DNA of 63,451 nucleotides, counting the filler, from Octopus bimaculoides (Eukaryota), in NCBI RefSeq assembly GCF_001194135.2. It is 6 parts of 6 records of this genome, joined end to end, with 100 filler letters (N's around TTAATTAATTAA, not from the genome) between each part and the next. Parts side by side here need not be neighbours in the genome. Positions count along the whole stretch, not along the records: positions 1 to 11,191 come from NC_068982.1; positions 11,292 to 40,559 come from NC_068989.1; 4 more parts are not named here. One strand, given 5' to 3'. Below, in pieces: positions 1 to 11,639 of the stretch; position 1 is the stretch's first letter, and every line of letters starts with the position of its first letter. Under the pieces are notes generated by a model. The model was not told the origin of the DNA. It saw only the letters and a list, made by a program, of their open reading frames with translations, and searched no databases. The position numbers were made by a program, and so were the translations under genes.

Positions 1-35
1 ATATATATATATATATATGCGCATAGAGAGATAGC

Positions 36-92
<57 letters not shown>

Positions 93-108
93 TGAGTGAG
101 TGAGTGAG
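1..108. repeat. Compound microsatellite (TA)n-(GA)n-(GTGA)n
   Basis: Directly visible simple repeats. Confidence 0.95.
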
Positions 109-1334
109 GTTAGTCCACAAATTCATAGAAATATATATGCAGAGAAACAAACGATAAAAGTTTTGTCGAATGCGTTCAGTTAGCCACATTTATTCTAATC
201 TTCGACTCTTTTATCGCAGAAGAATTTGAATTAGAATTTCAATCAGAAAGGCGTTAAAAAAAAAAAGAAAAGAAAAAAATCAAACGTAATCAGCTTTGAG
301 ATTTTATCTTAGTCGTGGCGTGAATAAATGAATAGAATTTGGGAAATTTTAAAAAGTTTTATTGTAGCTACCTTGTTCTGCTAAAAGAATCGAGCTTTTT
401 AAACAGAAAGGAATCAGTAAATGGTTGTACCATTTTCCCTTAGTTCCTAAGAGTTATCAATAAACATTGATGATATGATTTATAGGTTTAGATTTAAATC
501 TCTATCCGTAAAAACCGTATCAACTCATTGTATAACATAAGCAAAATACTTGAAAGGAAATTCGTAATGGATGGAAAAACCCAATACTTTTACAATTAGC
601 CGAAGTCGAGCACTGTTATAATGTATTTAGTCAAAACATAAAGCTTAACTCTTTGCCTATTGAAAAAATTCTCAAAAGTTTGTCCCAAACGTCTATGCTT
701 GCTTTCAAACTTTTTATTTAACCCTTGTTTCATACGCTCTGAGTAACATAAAACTTTCCTTTCATAAGTCTCAAATTACTCTGGTGGTTGAAAAATATTG
801 GGAATATGTATCATAAATGCTGCATGGACCCCAGAGAGATATGTCCTGTGTGTCACATGTAACACAAGTCAAGCAAAGTGTTAAGAACAATACCACAATC
901 ACCGTTGATTCAATCTTTGTAATGTAACATCTAAAATATATCGTCTTTACTCATTCTTTTATTCTCATTTTACACGAATTTTATGGAGTCAAACGATGCT
1001 AATTTTAGTATTTAAGAGTGTGCTGCATTTATAAATAAAGACTCCTTATTAAAATACGAAACTAACTTAAGAAATATGTAGGTAACTTAAAACAAATGAA
1101 TGCAAATTTAAATGAAACTTTCATATTAATTATCCGGAGGCACTGGTAATTTTTGTATGAAAAATTCAGAATGTTTATTAATTATACAGAAAAATTGTGA
1201 CATAGTTTTTGATGATTTTTAAAAATACAATTAATAATTTTTGATTTATTAAAATCTTTCTTCAAATATTGTGACTGTATCAAGAATTCTATACTAAACC
1301 TTTTTTAAATCACTCACCCATTCTCCTTCTTTCT

Positions 1335-1361
1335 CTCCCTTTCTCTCTCTCTCTCTCTCTC

Positions 1362-1403
<42 letters not shown>

Positions 1404-1460
1404 TACACATATATGCCACAAACACACACACGCACACACACGCACACACACACACACATA
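1335..1460. repeat. Compound microsatellite (CT)n(TA)n(CA)n
   Basis: Directly visible; explains ORFs 1314..1589 and 1413..1631. Confidence 0.95.
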
Positions 1461-2144
1461 TTCATACCACTTAAACAACAAGTAATCGAAATTTGTGTGG
1501 TTCACATTTTGTTTAGAGGTGCTAATGGCATAAGCAACAGCTTTGTTGCTTGGAGGTCGCGAAATCGGCTCCTCGTGAACTCGACTCACATTATAACGCT
1601 CATCACAAACAATAATACGATAAAGAAGTAAAACTGATACATGTGATTTCTCTGAATTTATGTAGATTTACTGTTTCATGACAAAAGAACTTTACACACA
1701 AAAAAAAAGCGATATTGCGAACAAAAAGAAGTCATTGACATCTTGGCGCTAGTTTAGTACGTGAAGAAATTGTCAAATACGAGAACAAAGTCAGCTAAAG
1801 AATGTTGCTGTTTTCTGTCGGTTTAATTAAATTTGATTCATTCTAAAGCTACCGTTAACTTAATCTCGTTTACAAACAGCATCACGACAATCTTAACAAG
1901 CTGTTATTGGCAAGTACAAATAAAGATTAGTGTGTATTTACACTTTCTCAGACATCCACTTTACAACGATACTCGTCAATAAATTCAGTTAAACGCTACC
2001 ATTTTGTCTGGTCGGATATTTGTAGCAACACATAGCTGCAGTGAATATGATGTGTGAGTGAAGTAGAAATATAATTATGATTAACAATAATAGGAAATTT
2101 ATACGAGACATGGTGGGATAAATAGTGATTTTTTGTAGTAAGTC

Positions 2145-2515
2145 GGTGAAGGTGTGTGTGTGGTAAAAAGTTTGCTTCCCAACCACATGCTTCAAGGTTC
2201 AGTCCCATTGCGTGGCACCTTGGGCAAGTGTCTTTTACTATAGCCTCGGACTGAATAAAGTCTTGTCAGTGGATTTGATAGACGGTAATTGAAAGGAGCC
2301 CATTATATATGTGTGTGTGTGTGTGTGTGTGTTTGTGTATACATGTGCCCCACCACCGCTTGACAACCAGTGTTGGTGTGTTTACGTCCCCGTAATTAGC
2401 GGTTCGGCAAAAGAGACCGATAGGATAAGCACCAGGATTTAAAAACCAAATAAGTACCGGGATCGATTCATTCGACTAAAAATTCTTCATGACCGCAGTC
2501 CATTAAACAAATAAA
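2145..2515 (+). mobile_element. tRNA-derived SINE, family A (near full length)
   Basis: Shares GTGGTAAG..CCAACCACATG..GGTTCAGTCCC..GGCACCTTGGGCAAGTGTC..GTTTACGTCCCCGTAA with copies at 4.7, 5.8, 43.6, 45.2, 54 and 56 kb. Confidence 0.9.
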
Positions 2516-2974
2516 TGAATTAAATAAATAACCCTTTTGCGTTCAGTTGTCAGTTGCAGTCGTTTGTATCATTCTTGTTCGAACACAGAATTGTGTTATA
2601 TGCAAGAAGATAGTTTTCGTCTTGCGCTATAACGTATATGAACCTAATTTATTTGGTAGTACAAGCTCTGCACAAGTAGATTTACAGGGTCATCAAGAAA
2701 GAATGCGTTCCGTTTTGGAGCCTTCCTCTCGCTAATTTCATTATGCACCGATCACCCTCAATCATGTGAGACCCCCATTTGTTAGATTGACTGGCTACTA
2801 GCTCTATCTTGTTTTTCTAACTTTTTCTCTTCATCAAGTCCTGTGGCTTATCTTCTCAACCGTGACTTGTGTGTCTTACGTGATGGTTTAATGATAATTA
2901 TCATCACCTCAAACCACTTCTTACAGCTTCTGTATAATATTTATAATAGTTATGTAATACCCTATAATCTTTCC

Positions 2975-3078
2975 TACTCTAGGCACAATGCCCGAACTTT
3001 TGGGGGAGGGACCAGTCGATTAGATCGACCCTAGTACGCAAATGGTACTTAGTTCATTGACCCTAAAGGATGAAAGGG
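2975..3078 (-). mobile_element. SINE family B, 3' fragment
   Basis: Reverse complement of the family B tail (CCAGTCGATTAGATCGACCC, GGATGAAAGG). Confidence 0.8.
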
Positions 3079-3834
3079 CTAGGGTAGAAGACGCCTTCCC
3101 ACGCTGTCATATAGTGGAGCTATCAAAAATACCTTAATTCTATCAACTACAAAGCGGCGGCTTATCAGCATTGCTCTTTGTTCTTTGAATAAGGTCACTG
3201 TCATAATACGCAAGCCAGATCCAATACTGTTTGGTATGTCTTTTATTCTAAGTGAAAGCCATGAACAACAAGAACAATGGTCCGGCCTGGAATTGTTTGT
3301 CCCACTCCGCATATTTTTTTTAAAACGGCGAATATCGTTCAGTTGATATTTAGTTTTTAATTGATACAAAGCAAAATAGATCAACAACCAAACACTTCGA
3401 ACAGTCGTAAGAGAACTGCTTTAATCTAGGACTTATTATATTACTGGTTTTACAAGAGAGAAAGAAATGGGGAGGGAGAAAGGGAGTGACAGGGTAAGAG
3501 AGAGATGGAGGAATGACGGAGAAAGGGAGAGAAAATTGTAGGTGTGAATGAATTTGAACGTGTATGTTCACGCACGAACATCATCGTCGTCGTCGTCGTC
3601 ATCACCGATGCATGTACGTACAGGTGTAAATGTATGATTGCGTGAGTAAACAGGAACAGATGAAGAACATGTATGTATATGTTACTCAAAGGAAATTGTT
3701 AATATATATCAATTTCCTAACATAACACTGACAATATTTCGCAAGCGTTCTCAGTTTTTGAGTTGCATACACGCATGTACACGCATACATTATCATCTTA
3801 CATATGTTCGCACTCTCGCACGCATGCATGCACG

Positions 3835-3887
3835 CGCACACACACACAAATACACACATACACATTCTCTCTCTCACACACACACAG

Positions 3888-3942
<55 letters not shown>

Positions 3943-3945
3943 CAC
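3835..3945. repeat. (CA)n(CT)n microsatellite
   Basis: Directly visible. Confidence 0.95.
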
Positions 3946-3951
3946 ATATTA

Positions 3952-4150
3952 TAGGCCAAGGCGTGGCTGTATGGTAAGAAGCCTGTTTCCTAACCACATG
4001 GTCCAGGGTTCAATCTCACTGCGTGACAATTTGGGGTAGTGCCTTCTTCAAAACAAAAGAATATGTACTGGGATCGATTCATTCGACTAAAAAATCCTTA
4101 AGGCGGTGCCCCAGCATGGCTGCAGCCTAATAACTGAAACAAATAAGAGG
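3952..4150 (+). mobile_element. SINE family A, internally deleted
   Basis: The head (GGCGTGGCTGTATGGTAAG..GGTTCAATCTC) joins directly to the tail (GATCGATTCATTCGACTAA..GGCGGTGCCCCAGCATGG); the centre is missing. Confidence 0.85.
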
Positions 4151-4697
4151 TAATATATATATATTATATATACTTTATATATATATATATATACTTTATT
4201 TAAAAGCAGCAGAAATATAACAAAAAAACCGTTACCCNNNNNNNNNNNNNNNNNNNNNNNNNNNNNNNNNNNNNNNNNNNNNNNNNNNNNNNNNNNNNNN
4301 NNNNNNNNNNNNNNNNNNNNNNNNNNNNNNNNNNNNNNNNNNNNNNNNNNNNNNNNNNNNNNNNNNNNNNNNNNNNNNNNNNNNNNNNNNNNNNNNNNNN
4401 NNNNNNNNNNNNNNNNNNNNNNNNNNNNNNNNNNNNNNNNNNNNNNNNNNNNNNNNNNNNNNNNNNNNNNNNNNNNNNNNNNNNNNNNNNNNNNNNNNNN
4501 NNNNNNNNNNNNNNNNNNNNNNNNNNNNNNNNNNNNNNNNNNNNNNNNNNNNNNNNNNNNNNNNNNNNNNNNNNNNNNNNNNNNNNNNNNNNNNNNNNNN
4601 NNNNNNNNNNNNNNNNNNNNNNNNNNNNNNNNNNNNNNNNNNNNNNNNNNNNNNNNNNNNNNNNNNNNNNNNNNNNNNNNNNNNNNNNNNNNNNNNA

Positions 4698-5056
4698 AAT
4701 TTTCCCACTGCGTGGCACCTTGGGCAAGTGTCTTCTACTATAGCCTCGGGCTGACCAAAGCCTTGTGAGTTGATTTGGTAGACGGAAACTGAAAGAAGCC
4801 CGTCTTATATATGTATATATATATATATATGTATATGTGTGTATATGTTTGTGTGTCTGTGTTTGTCACCCCAGCATCGCTTGACAACCGATGCTGGTGT
4901 GTTTACGTCCCCGTAACTTAGCAGTTCGGAAAAGAGACCGATAGAATAAGTACTTGGCTTCCAAAGAATAAGATCTGGGGTCGATTTGCTCAACTAAAGG
5001 CGGTGCTCCAGCATGGCCACAGTCAACTGACTGAAACAAGTAAAAGAGTAAAGAGT
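4698..5056 (+). mobile_element. SINE family A (5' end in gap)
   Basis: High similarity to other A copies through the GAGTAAAGAG tail. Confidence 0.92.
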
Positions 5057-5804
5057 ATAACAAATACTGCGTGTTACCGAGAAATTTATAGAGAGCAAAA
5101 AAAAACAAAACTTCTAAGCAAACAACTCTAGACTTGTCTTTTAAAAAGAAATCTACAAGTCCGCCTACGAGTGCTTGTGAGTCGGCGATTGCGTCTACAA
5201 GAAATGGTGTGCGTGAGTCTAGTGCGAGTGAAAGTGGTTCAGAAAACGATAATAATAATAATATTTAGAATTCTTTGCATTCTACTATTGTTTTACTGCC
5301 ATTTATTTACGAGTATTGTAAATTTTATAGTTAAAATATTTTTCTGGGAATTAATTACGTTTTATAATAGTGCTACTATGGGAAATTATTGCTCCACTTT
5401 TCGAGCTTTCACTTTTCGAGCGGTCTCCAGAAACAAATTAACTTGTATATCGAAGCATTACTCTCTCTTTCTCTCTCTGTGTCTCTCTCTCACTATANNN
5501 NNNNNNNNNNNNNNNNNNNNNNNNNNNNNNNNNNNNNNNNNNNNNNNNNNNNNNNNNNNNNNNNNNNNNNNNNNNNNNNNNNNNNNNNNNNNNNNNNNNN
5601 NNNNNNNNNNNNNNNNNNNNNNNNNNNNNNNNNNNNNNNNNNNNNNNNNNNNNNNNNNNNNNNNNNNNNNNNNNNNNNNNNNNNNNNNNNNNNNNNNNNN
5701 NNNNNNNNNNNNNNNNNNNNNNNNNNNNNNNNNNNNNNNNNNNNNNNNNNNNNNNNNNNNNNNNNNNNTATATATATATATATGTATGTATATATGTATA
5801 TATA

Positions 5805-6142
5805 TAGGCGCAGGAGTGGCTGTGTGGTAAGTAGCTTGCTTACCAACCACATAGTTCCGGGGTCAGTCCCACTGCCTGGCACCTTGGGTAAGTGTCTTCT
5901 ACTATAGCTTCGGGATTTGGTAGACGGAGACTGAAAGAAGCCCGTCGTATATATGCATATGTATATATATGTATGTGTGTGTGTTTGTGTGTCTGTGTTT
6001 GTCCCCCACCATCGTTTGACAACTGATACTCGTGTGTTTACGTCCCCGTAACTTAGCGGTTCGGTAAAGAAGACCGATAGAATAAGTACTAGGGTTACAA
6101 AGAATAAGTCCTGGGGTCGATTTGCTTGACTAAAAGCGGTGC
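5805..6142 (+). mobile_element. SINE family A, 3' truncated at the LINE fragment
   Basis: TAGGCGCAGGAGTGGCTGTGTGGTAAG head; ends at GACTAAAAGCGGTGC. Confidence 0.92.
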
Positions 6143-6725
6143 AAACTTGGTCAAGGGATGCACTTCGACACTTGGTGGTTAAAAGATGTTGCCGAAGGGA
6201 TACGATACGACATTCAAAGGCACTTTGGATCGATGTTAAGCCTCTGCTGCCTTGTCACTGTTTAAGGTAGAGGCAGTCTACGACACTGTTTATGAGGAAA
6301 TTATGTGTACTTGTTAGTATCTTTCGTGTTTTCACATCAATGCATCGGATTTCATCAATCGTCCAATCAAGCAACCCAAATGTTGGTATGAGTACTGACA
6401 CCGCAAACACATTGTGGGCCACTGTTTTATTTAATGCAGAGACTTCTGAGGTTCAAATTTTCTTTATTCGGCTGTACTATTCTATAGTGACACGTGTTTT
6501 GTTACAGGAACCATTGTAAAATATATTTTCATCCACCCCTAGATACCTGTAACATTCCTCGTCGGATATAGGGGAAACAGTCAAGTCATTCATGGAGATG
6601 TTGCTAGTCTAGTTTACAGTTTTCCCCCTTTTCGCAACCATATAACGACATTTTTCCTGACCAAACTCCAACGCCACATCCTTTGAGAATGTTGTTACTT
6701 GGTCTGGGCTCTTTTCCATCTCGTG
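6143..6725 (-). mobile_element. Decayed non-LTR retrotransposon RT C-terminal region, R4/Dong-like
   Basis: My minus-strand translation: FSKDVALEFGQEKCRYMVAKRGK..CYRYLGVDE..NKTVAHNVFAVSVLIPTFGLLDWTIDEIRCIDVKTRKILT..VDCLYLKQ*QGSRGL. This matches R4/Dong RT motifs (MEFGxxKC, YxYLG, RLYLxRxxGGRGL) with in-frame stops. Confidence 0.85.
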
Positions 6726-6789
6726 CATGTATGTATGTATGTATATGTACGTATATATATATATGTATATATATATTTCGTCTTCCTGT

Positions 6790-7110
6790 CGTGTTTTCTG
6801 TTTGCCACTATTCCTCCGCATTACAAATTTAATTTAATTTAATTTAATTTAATTTGTTTCCGCGGGAAGAACTATTCTAACCATGCGTCCTGCCCTAATT
6901 CTTCGAAACGCTTAGTTTAGAATAGGGGCAGCTGATGAAGGAAATATTCTCTATGTGGCCTGTTTGTTTTCTGTGCTCTGTTTATGTTGTTTTTCATTTT
7001 GTCCGCGTTTTTTTGTGACGTCCTGTTCCCAGATATGCATCTATATATATATGTAGATGTAGGTATGTACATACATGTACGTATATGTGCATATACTCAC
7101 ATAATATTTG
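6790..7110 (+). mobile_element. Probable Penelope-like element terminal segment
   Basis: Contains hammerhead core motifs followed by a T-rich, then (TA/TG)-rich tail. Association of hammerheads with Penelope ends is established knowledge; the family assignment here is inference. Confidence 0.45.
6885..6943 (+). ncRNA. Hammerhead-ribozyme-like motif set in non-canonical order
   Basis: GCGUC at 6885-89. Helix I CUGCCC(U) from 6890 pairs with (G)GGGCAG ending at 6931. CUGAUGA 6932-38; GAAA 6905-08; ACGC 6908-11 pairs with GCGU 6885-88; AGGAA 6939-43 pairs with UUCUU 6899-6903. Confidence 0.5.
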
Positions 7111-7147
<37 letters not shown>

Positions 7148-7404
7148 AATCTATGAATAGGCTTTATATGTATAACAGTTTGTGTGTGTATGTGTCTGTG
7201 TGTGTGCGTGCGTGTGCGTATATATGAGATGATAACGTGTGTGTACATATGTGTATGCTAGGAAATATTTTCGGTGTTGTGTTAGGAAATTGATACATTA
7301 TTAACAATTTCGTTTAAATATCACTCCCCACCAGCCATTCTCACCACCTATATCATTTTTACTCTTCCCCTTCCTCCACTTCCTCCTCCTACGATTACTA
7401 CTAC

Positions 7405-7722
7405 AACTGATGATGATGATGATGATGATGATGATATGATATTACTGCTAAAACCACCACACCAAAGATATCATGAGTGTCATCATTGTCATCAACACCT
7501 CCAGCACCACCATGATCCACCTCCTCCTCCTCCTTCTCCTCCACATCATCATCATCATCATCACGATCATCATCATCATCATCACGATCATCTTAAGCGC
7601 GAATAGCTGTGGCAACAGTAGCAACAGTATCATTGACAGCCTTAATGACATTGTCATTAGCTCCTGCTGCTACTACTACTACTATCACTACTACTACCAC
7701 AACTAATACTACCACTACTACA

Positions 7723-7781
<59 letters not shown>

Positions 7782-7782
7782 G

Positions 7783-7837
<55 letters not shown>

Positions 7838-7930
7838 AAAGAGACAAAAAAGGGAGTAGTAGGAATAGTCACAAGACCGACTAGTCCGACAACGGCAGCA
7901 GCAGCAACAACAGCAGCAACAGCAGCAGTA
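7405..7930. repeat. Compound trinucleotide tract (GAT/CTC/CAT/TAC/TGC/CAG)
   Basis: Directly visible; source of the poly-T/A/V/S ORFs. Confidence 0.95.
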
Positions 7931-8105
7931 GCAAGAAAAGCAAACACCAACAAAAAGCCTTGCGAAGTACCTGCCGTCCTCCATATCGCGGTAATTGAAA
8001 AATACGTAAACTTCCATTTTAACTTGAAACAGTTTTTTTTTTTTCATGCTTTCAAGAGACAAGGAGAAAGGGTAACCTTTCCTACACAAAGTAAATAACT
8101 AGCCG

Positions 8106-8131
8106 CAACAACAACAACAACAACAACAACA

Positions 8132-8189
<58 letters not shown>

Positions 8190-8205
8190 ATAATAATAAT
8201 AATAA
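8106..8205. repeat. (AAC)n(TAC)n(TAA)n
   Basis: Directly visible; forms the simple-repeat tail of the adjacent minus-strand element. Confidence 0.95.
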
Positions 8206-8500
8206 ATTCGTTTTATTGGCCACAAGGGCTAATATCAATTAAAAACATATAAGGACAAAGACAGGACGGTTACAAAAGGTTTTGTCCGAAAAGGTAGGAA
8301 AGTTCGTCTAAACAGAGGAAGAAAACGGAGAAAGATATAACAAATAAATAGATAAATAAATAGATAAATAAATAAGTGGAACTCCCAAAGGGGGAGGCGC
8401 TTCGAAAAGGGAAAGGTTACACGTGGAAAAACCCATAAAACCACGGGAGCCTGGTCAGAAAAAATAAGAAAGGGGTATAGAGCCCTTTCTCCTTTTACAT
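8200..8500 (-). mobile_element. Probable LINE 3' UTR/terminus (Tx1/L1-type?)
   Basis: Minus strand ends ...TGTCCTTATATGTTTT..TAGCCCTTGTGGCCAATAAAACGAATTT(ATT)n: a pyrimidine-rich UTR, AATAAA and a simple-repeat tail. No ORF seen; the clade is a guess. Confidence 0.4.
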
Positions 8501-8649
8501 TACCTTTTTTTTTTCTTTTTTTTCTACAGGTGTATTCTCAGAATTGGTCCGTTTATACTGGCCATTCTTCCAACAGTCACCCATCTTTCAACGAATTTGC
8601 TATGAGACAGCACTTCAACAACAACTATTATTATTATTATTACTATTAT

Positions 8650-8950
8650 TTCTTTATTGCTCACAGGGGGCTAAACATAGAGGGGACAAACAAGAACAGA
8701 CAAAGGGATTAAGTCGATTACATCGACCCCAGCGCGTAACTGGTACTTATTTAATCGACCTCGAAAGGATGAAAGGCAAAGTCGACCTGCCGGAATTTGA
8801 ACTCAGAACGTAACGGCAAACGAAATACCTATTTCGTTATTGCCCACAAGGGGCTAAACATAGAGGGAACAAACAAGAACAGACGAACGGATTAAGTTGA
8901 TTACTGCTAAGCATTTCGCCCGGCGTGCTAACGATTCTGCCAGCTCGCCG
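8650..8950 (-). mobile_element. SINE family B, alternative-tail subfamily, with nested tail fragment
   Basis: Head CGGCGAGCTGGCAGAATCGTTAGCACGCCGGGCGAAATGCTTAGC on minus; tail ...TATGTTTAGCCCCCTGTGAGCAATAAAG; a second tail copy lies at 8829-8904. Confidence 0.9.
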
Positions 8951-8952
8951 TT

Positions 8953-9037
<85 letters not shown>

Positions 9038-9539
9038 NNNNNNNNNNNNNNNNNNNNNNNNNNNNNNNNNNNNNNNNNNNNNNNNNNNNNNNNNNNNNNN
9101 NNNNNNNNNNNNNNNNNNNNNNNNNNNNNNNNNNNNNNNNNNNNNNNNNNNNNNNNNNNNNNNNNNNNNNNNNNNNNNNNNNNNNNNNNNNNNNNNNNNN
9201 NNNNNNNNNNNNNNNNNNNNNNNNNNNNNNNNNNNNNNNNNNNNNNNNNNNNNNNNNNNNNNNNNNNNNNNNNNNNNNNNNNNNNNNNNNNNNNNNNNNN
9301 NNNNNNNNNNNNNNNNNNNNNNNNNNNNNNNNNNNNNNNNNNNNNNNNNNNNNNNNNNNNNNNNNNNNNNNNNNNNNNNNNNNNNNNNNNNNNNNNNNNN
9401 NNNNNNNNNNNNNNNNNNNNNNNNNNNNNNNNNNNNNNNNNNNNNNNNNNNNNNNNNNNNNNNNNNNNNNNNNNNNNNNNNNNNNNNNNNNNNNNNNNNN
9501 NNNNNNNNNNNNNNNNNNNNNNNNNNNTTTTGGTAATGA

Positions 9540-9749
9540 AAGGTGGCGAGCTGGCAGAAACGTTAGCACGCGGGGCGAAATGCTTAGCGGTATTTCGTCT
9601 GTCTTTATGTTCTGAGTTCAAATTCCGCCGCGGTTGACTTTGCCTTTCATTCTTTCGGGGGTCGATAAATTAAGTACCAGTTGCATACTGGAGTCGATCT
9701 AATCGACTGCCCCCCCCCCACTTCTTGTGCCTAGAGTAGAAAAGAATAT
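9540..9749 (+). mobile_element. SINE family B (full length)
   Basis: GGTGGCGAGCTGGCAG..TTCTGAGTTCAAATTCC..GGTCGATAAATTAAGTACC..TTGTGCCTAGAGTAGAAA. Confidence 0.92.
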
Positions 9750-10737
9750 TTTGGTAATGAATGTCATGGACCAATGATTATAAGACTTGTAACTAATTGT
9801 TTATTAATTCAAATTCTCAGCAGCTGTTTCCGAGACTTAATTCTTCGTGCCTCAGTACATAGTCATAGCCACTAGTTCTAGTAATATAATCTAAAACAGA
9901 TTGGTCCCCTAACCGTTCCTTTAATGCCTTCGAAGTTTAAACTGGATGCTGGTTTTCAGGATATCTTCGGAGTTGTGTAGGTATTTGCCTATTTGTATAC
10001 GAGGTCGTAGACGAGCGATGAAAATTTTGACATTTCAAGAACGAAATGGAAAGTGAAATTTACAGTTTCTTTTAAAAGCTAAACTGTCGCTTCCACGATG
10101 TAAATAAGAAATGAATTAATATACGTATGGAAAGAAAGAAAGAGAAAAATAAAAAAAGAAAGAAAAAAGAAAGAAAGAAAAAAAGAAAGAAAGAAAGATG
10201 GTTAACAGGTTAATGGAAAAGAAATTCTTTTATTCTCGATCGTTTAGTCTCGTTTACTCGGAGCAAACAAACCAAATGAAAGGGGTTTTACAACGATGGA
10301 TGTAAGGTAATTTTTTAAAAACAGTCTTTGAAAGACGCGTTCGTTCCCTTGAAATGATTAAATGTTTAAATGGTGTTGAATCCACAACAAACAAGTAATC
10401 TATATAAACCGAAGACCAAAACGAGCTTTGCTTACAATTAGGTCGTTCGTTCAGTGTAAACAACTTAACTTTTTCGCAAATCTTTCTTACCCTTCGTCTC
10501 TCGTTATTTTTCACTCTATCCCTTGTCTCTCTCATTCCCTCTCTTCTCTCTCTCTCTCTTCCATACATTTATTATTTCCCTTTTCGTTACATCTCTAATC
10601 TTTTCATCTTTGTCATGCCTATTACTGCCACCCCTTCTTTTTCTCTTCTCACACTTAAAACCCTCTGCCCCTCTCTCACATTCTCCCACATACATTTCAT
10701 TCGTAAGCTTTCATTCATATTTCCAATTATGCTCTAA

Positions 10738-10822
10738 GTTCTTCTTCTTCTTCTTCTTCTTCTTCTTCTTCTTCTTCTTCTTCTTCTTCTTCTTCTTCTT
10801 CTTCTTCTTCTTCTTCTTCTTC

Positions 10823-10872
<50 letters not shown>
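10738..10872. repeat. (TTC)n(TTA)n
   Basis: Directly visible. Confidence 0.97.
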
Positions 10873-10875
<3 letters not shown>

Positions 10876-10904
10876 AGATCTACGAAAAAAAAAACCTGTG
10901 ATAT

Positions 10905-10995
10905 TTCATGTGGCCCCTTTATGTATCCAGTTCAAATCCTGTAGAATCGACTTAGCTTTTTATCTTTCCAGTGGGGTTCGATAAAATAAGTATCA
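10905..10995 (+). mobile_element. SINE family B, decayed fragment
   Basis: CAGTTCAAATCC..TCGACTT..TCGATAAAATAAGTA. Confidence 0.6.
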
Positions 10996-11191
10996 TGAAT
11001 GTCACAGCTTATTTAGCCCGGAATTTGTTCATTCCGGCCAGGAATAGCTTTATCCTCCTCCGCTTTATCATCACCAGCACCAGTACCAGCACTAGCACCA
11101 TCATCATCATCATCATCATCAGTTCGTAGGAAATATTGTCATGGAAATAGGGCTGGACTACTCCCCCCTCTCTCTCTCTCCCTATACATAT

Positions 11192-11291
11192 NNNNNNNNN
11201 NNNNNNNNNNNNNNNNNNNNNNNNNNNNNNNNNNNTTAATTAATTAANNNNNNNNNNNNNNNNNNNNNNNNNNNNNNNNNNNNNNNNNNNN
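11192..11291. other. Scaffolding linker N44-TTAATTAATTAA-N44 (also 40560-40659, 45365-45464, 57685-57784, 61706-61805)
   Basis: Identical 100-nt structure at five sites; the 12-mer has stops in all six frames. Confidence 0.97.
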
Positions 11292-11639
11292 TATATATAT
11301 ATATATGCTTATTTATACGACGGGACCTTTTCAGTTTCGGACTACGAAACCCACTTTCATAGCTTTACTCCCCACAGAAGAGCGTGTTGGACATCGATCA
11401 AACTTCCCAAAACTACTAGTTTAAAATTTCCTAACAGAAATCCAATAATCTATTAACACCAGGAAAATTGAAACATCGTTTGTCATATGTTATGTGAATA
11501 ACTAATTCATCCAGAAACAGTGTTTTGTGAAACCTGAAACTATATATTGGTATGACGTAATTATTGAGCAAGAAAACTTTCACGATCACACCTTTCCCAT
11601 TCCAATCATTGAGATACATACATTAGAGAACCAAATTAA

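Noticed and set aside
1480-1600. SRP..AISTSKQ resembling the HARBI1 N-terminal region
   Set aside because: Too short and gapped to distinguish from chance.
3150-3260. KQYWIWLAYYD resembling an IS1-family transposase motif; IPNSIG resembling Harbinger
   Set aside because: Isolated single motifs in different frames with no supporting context.
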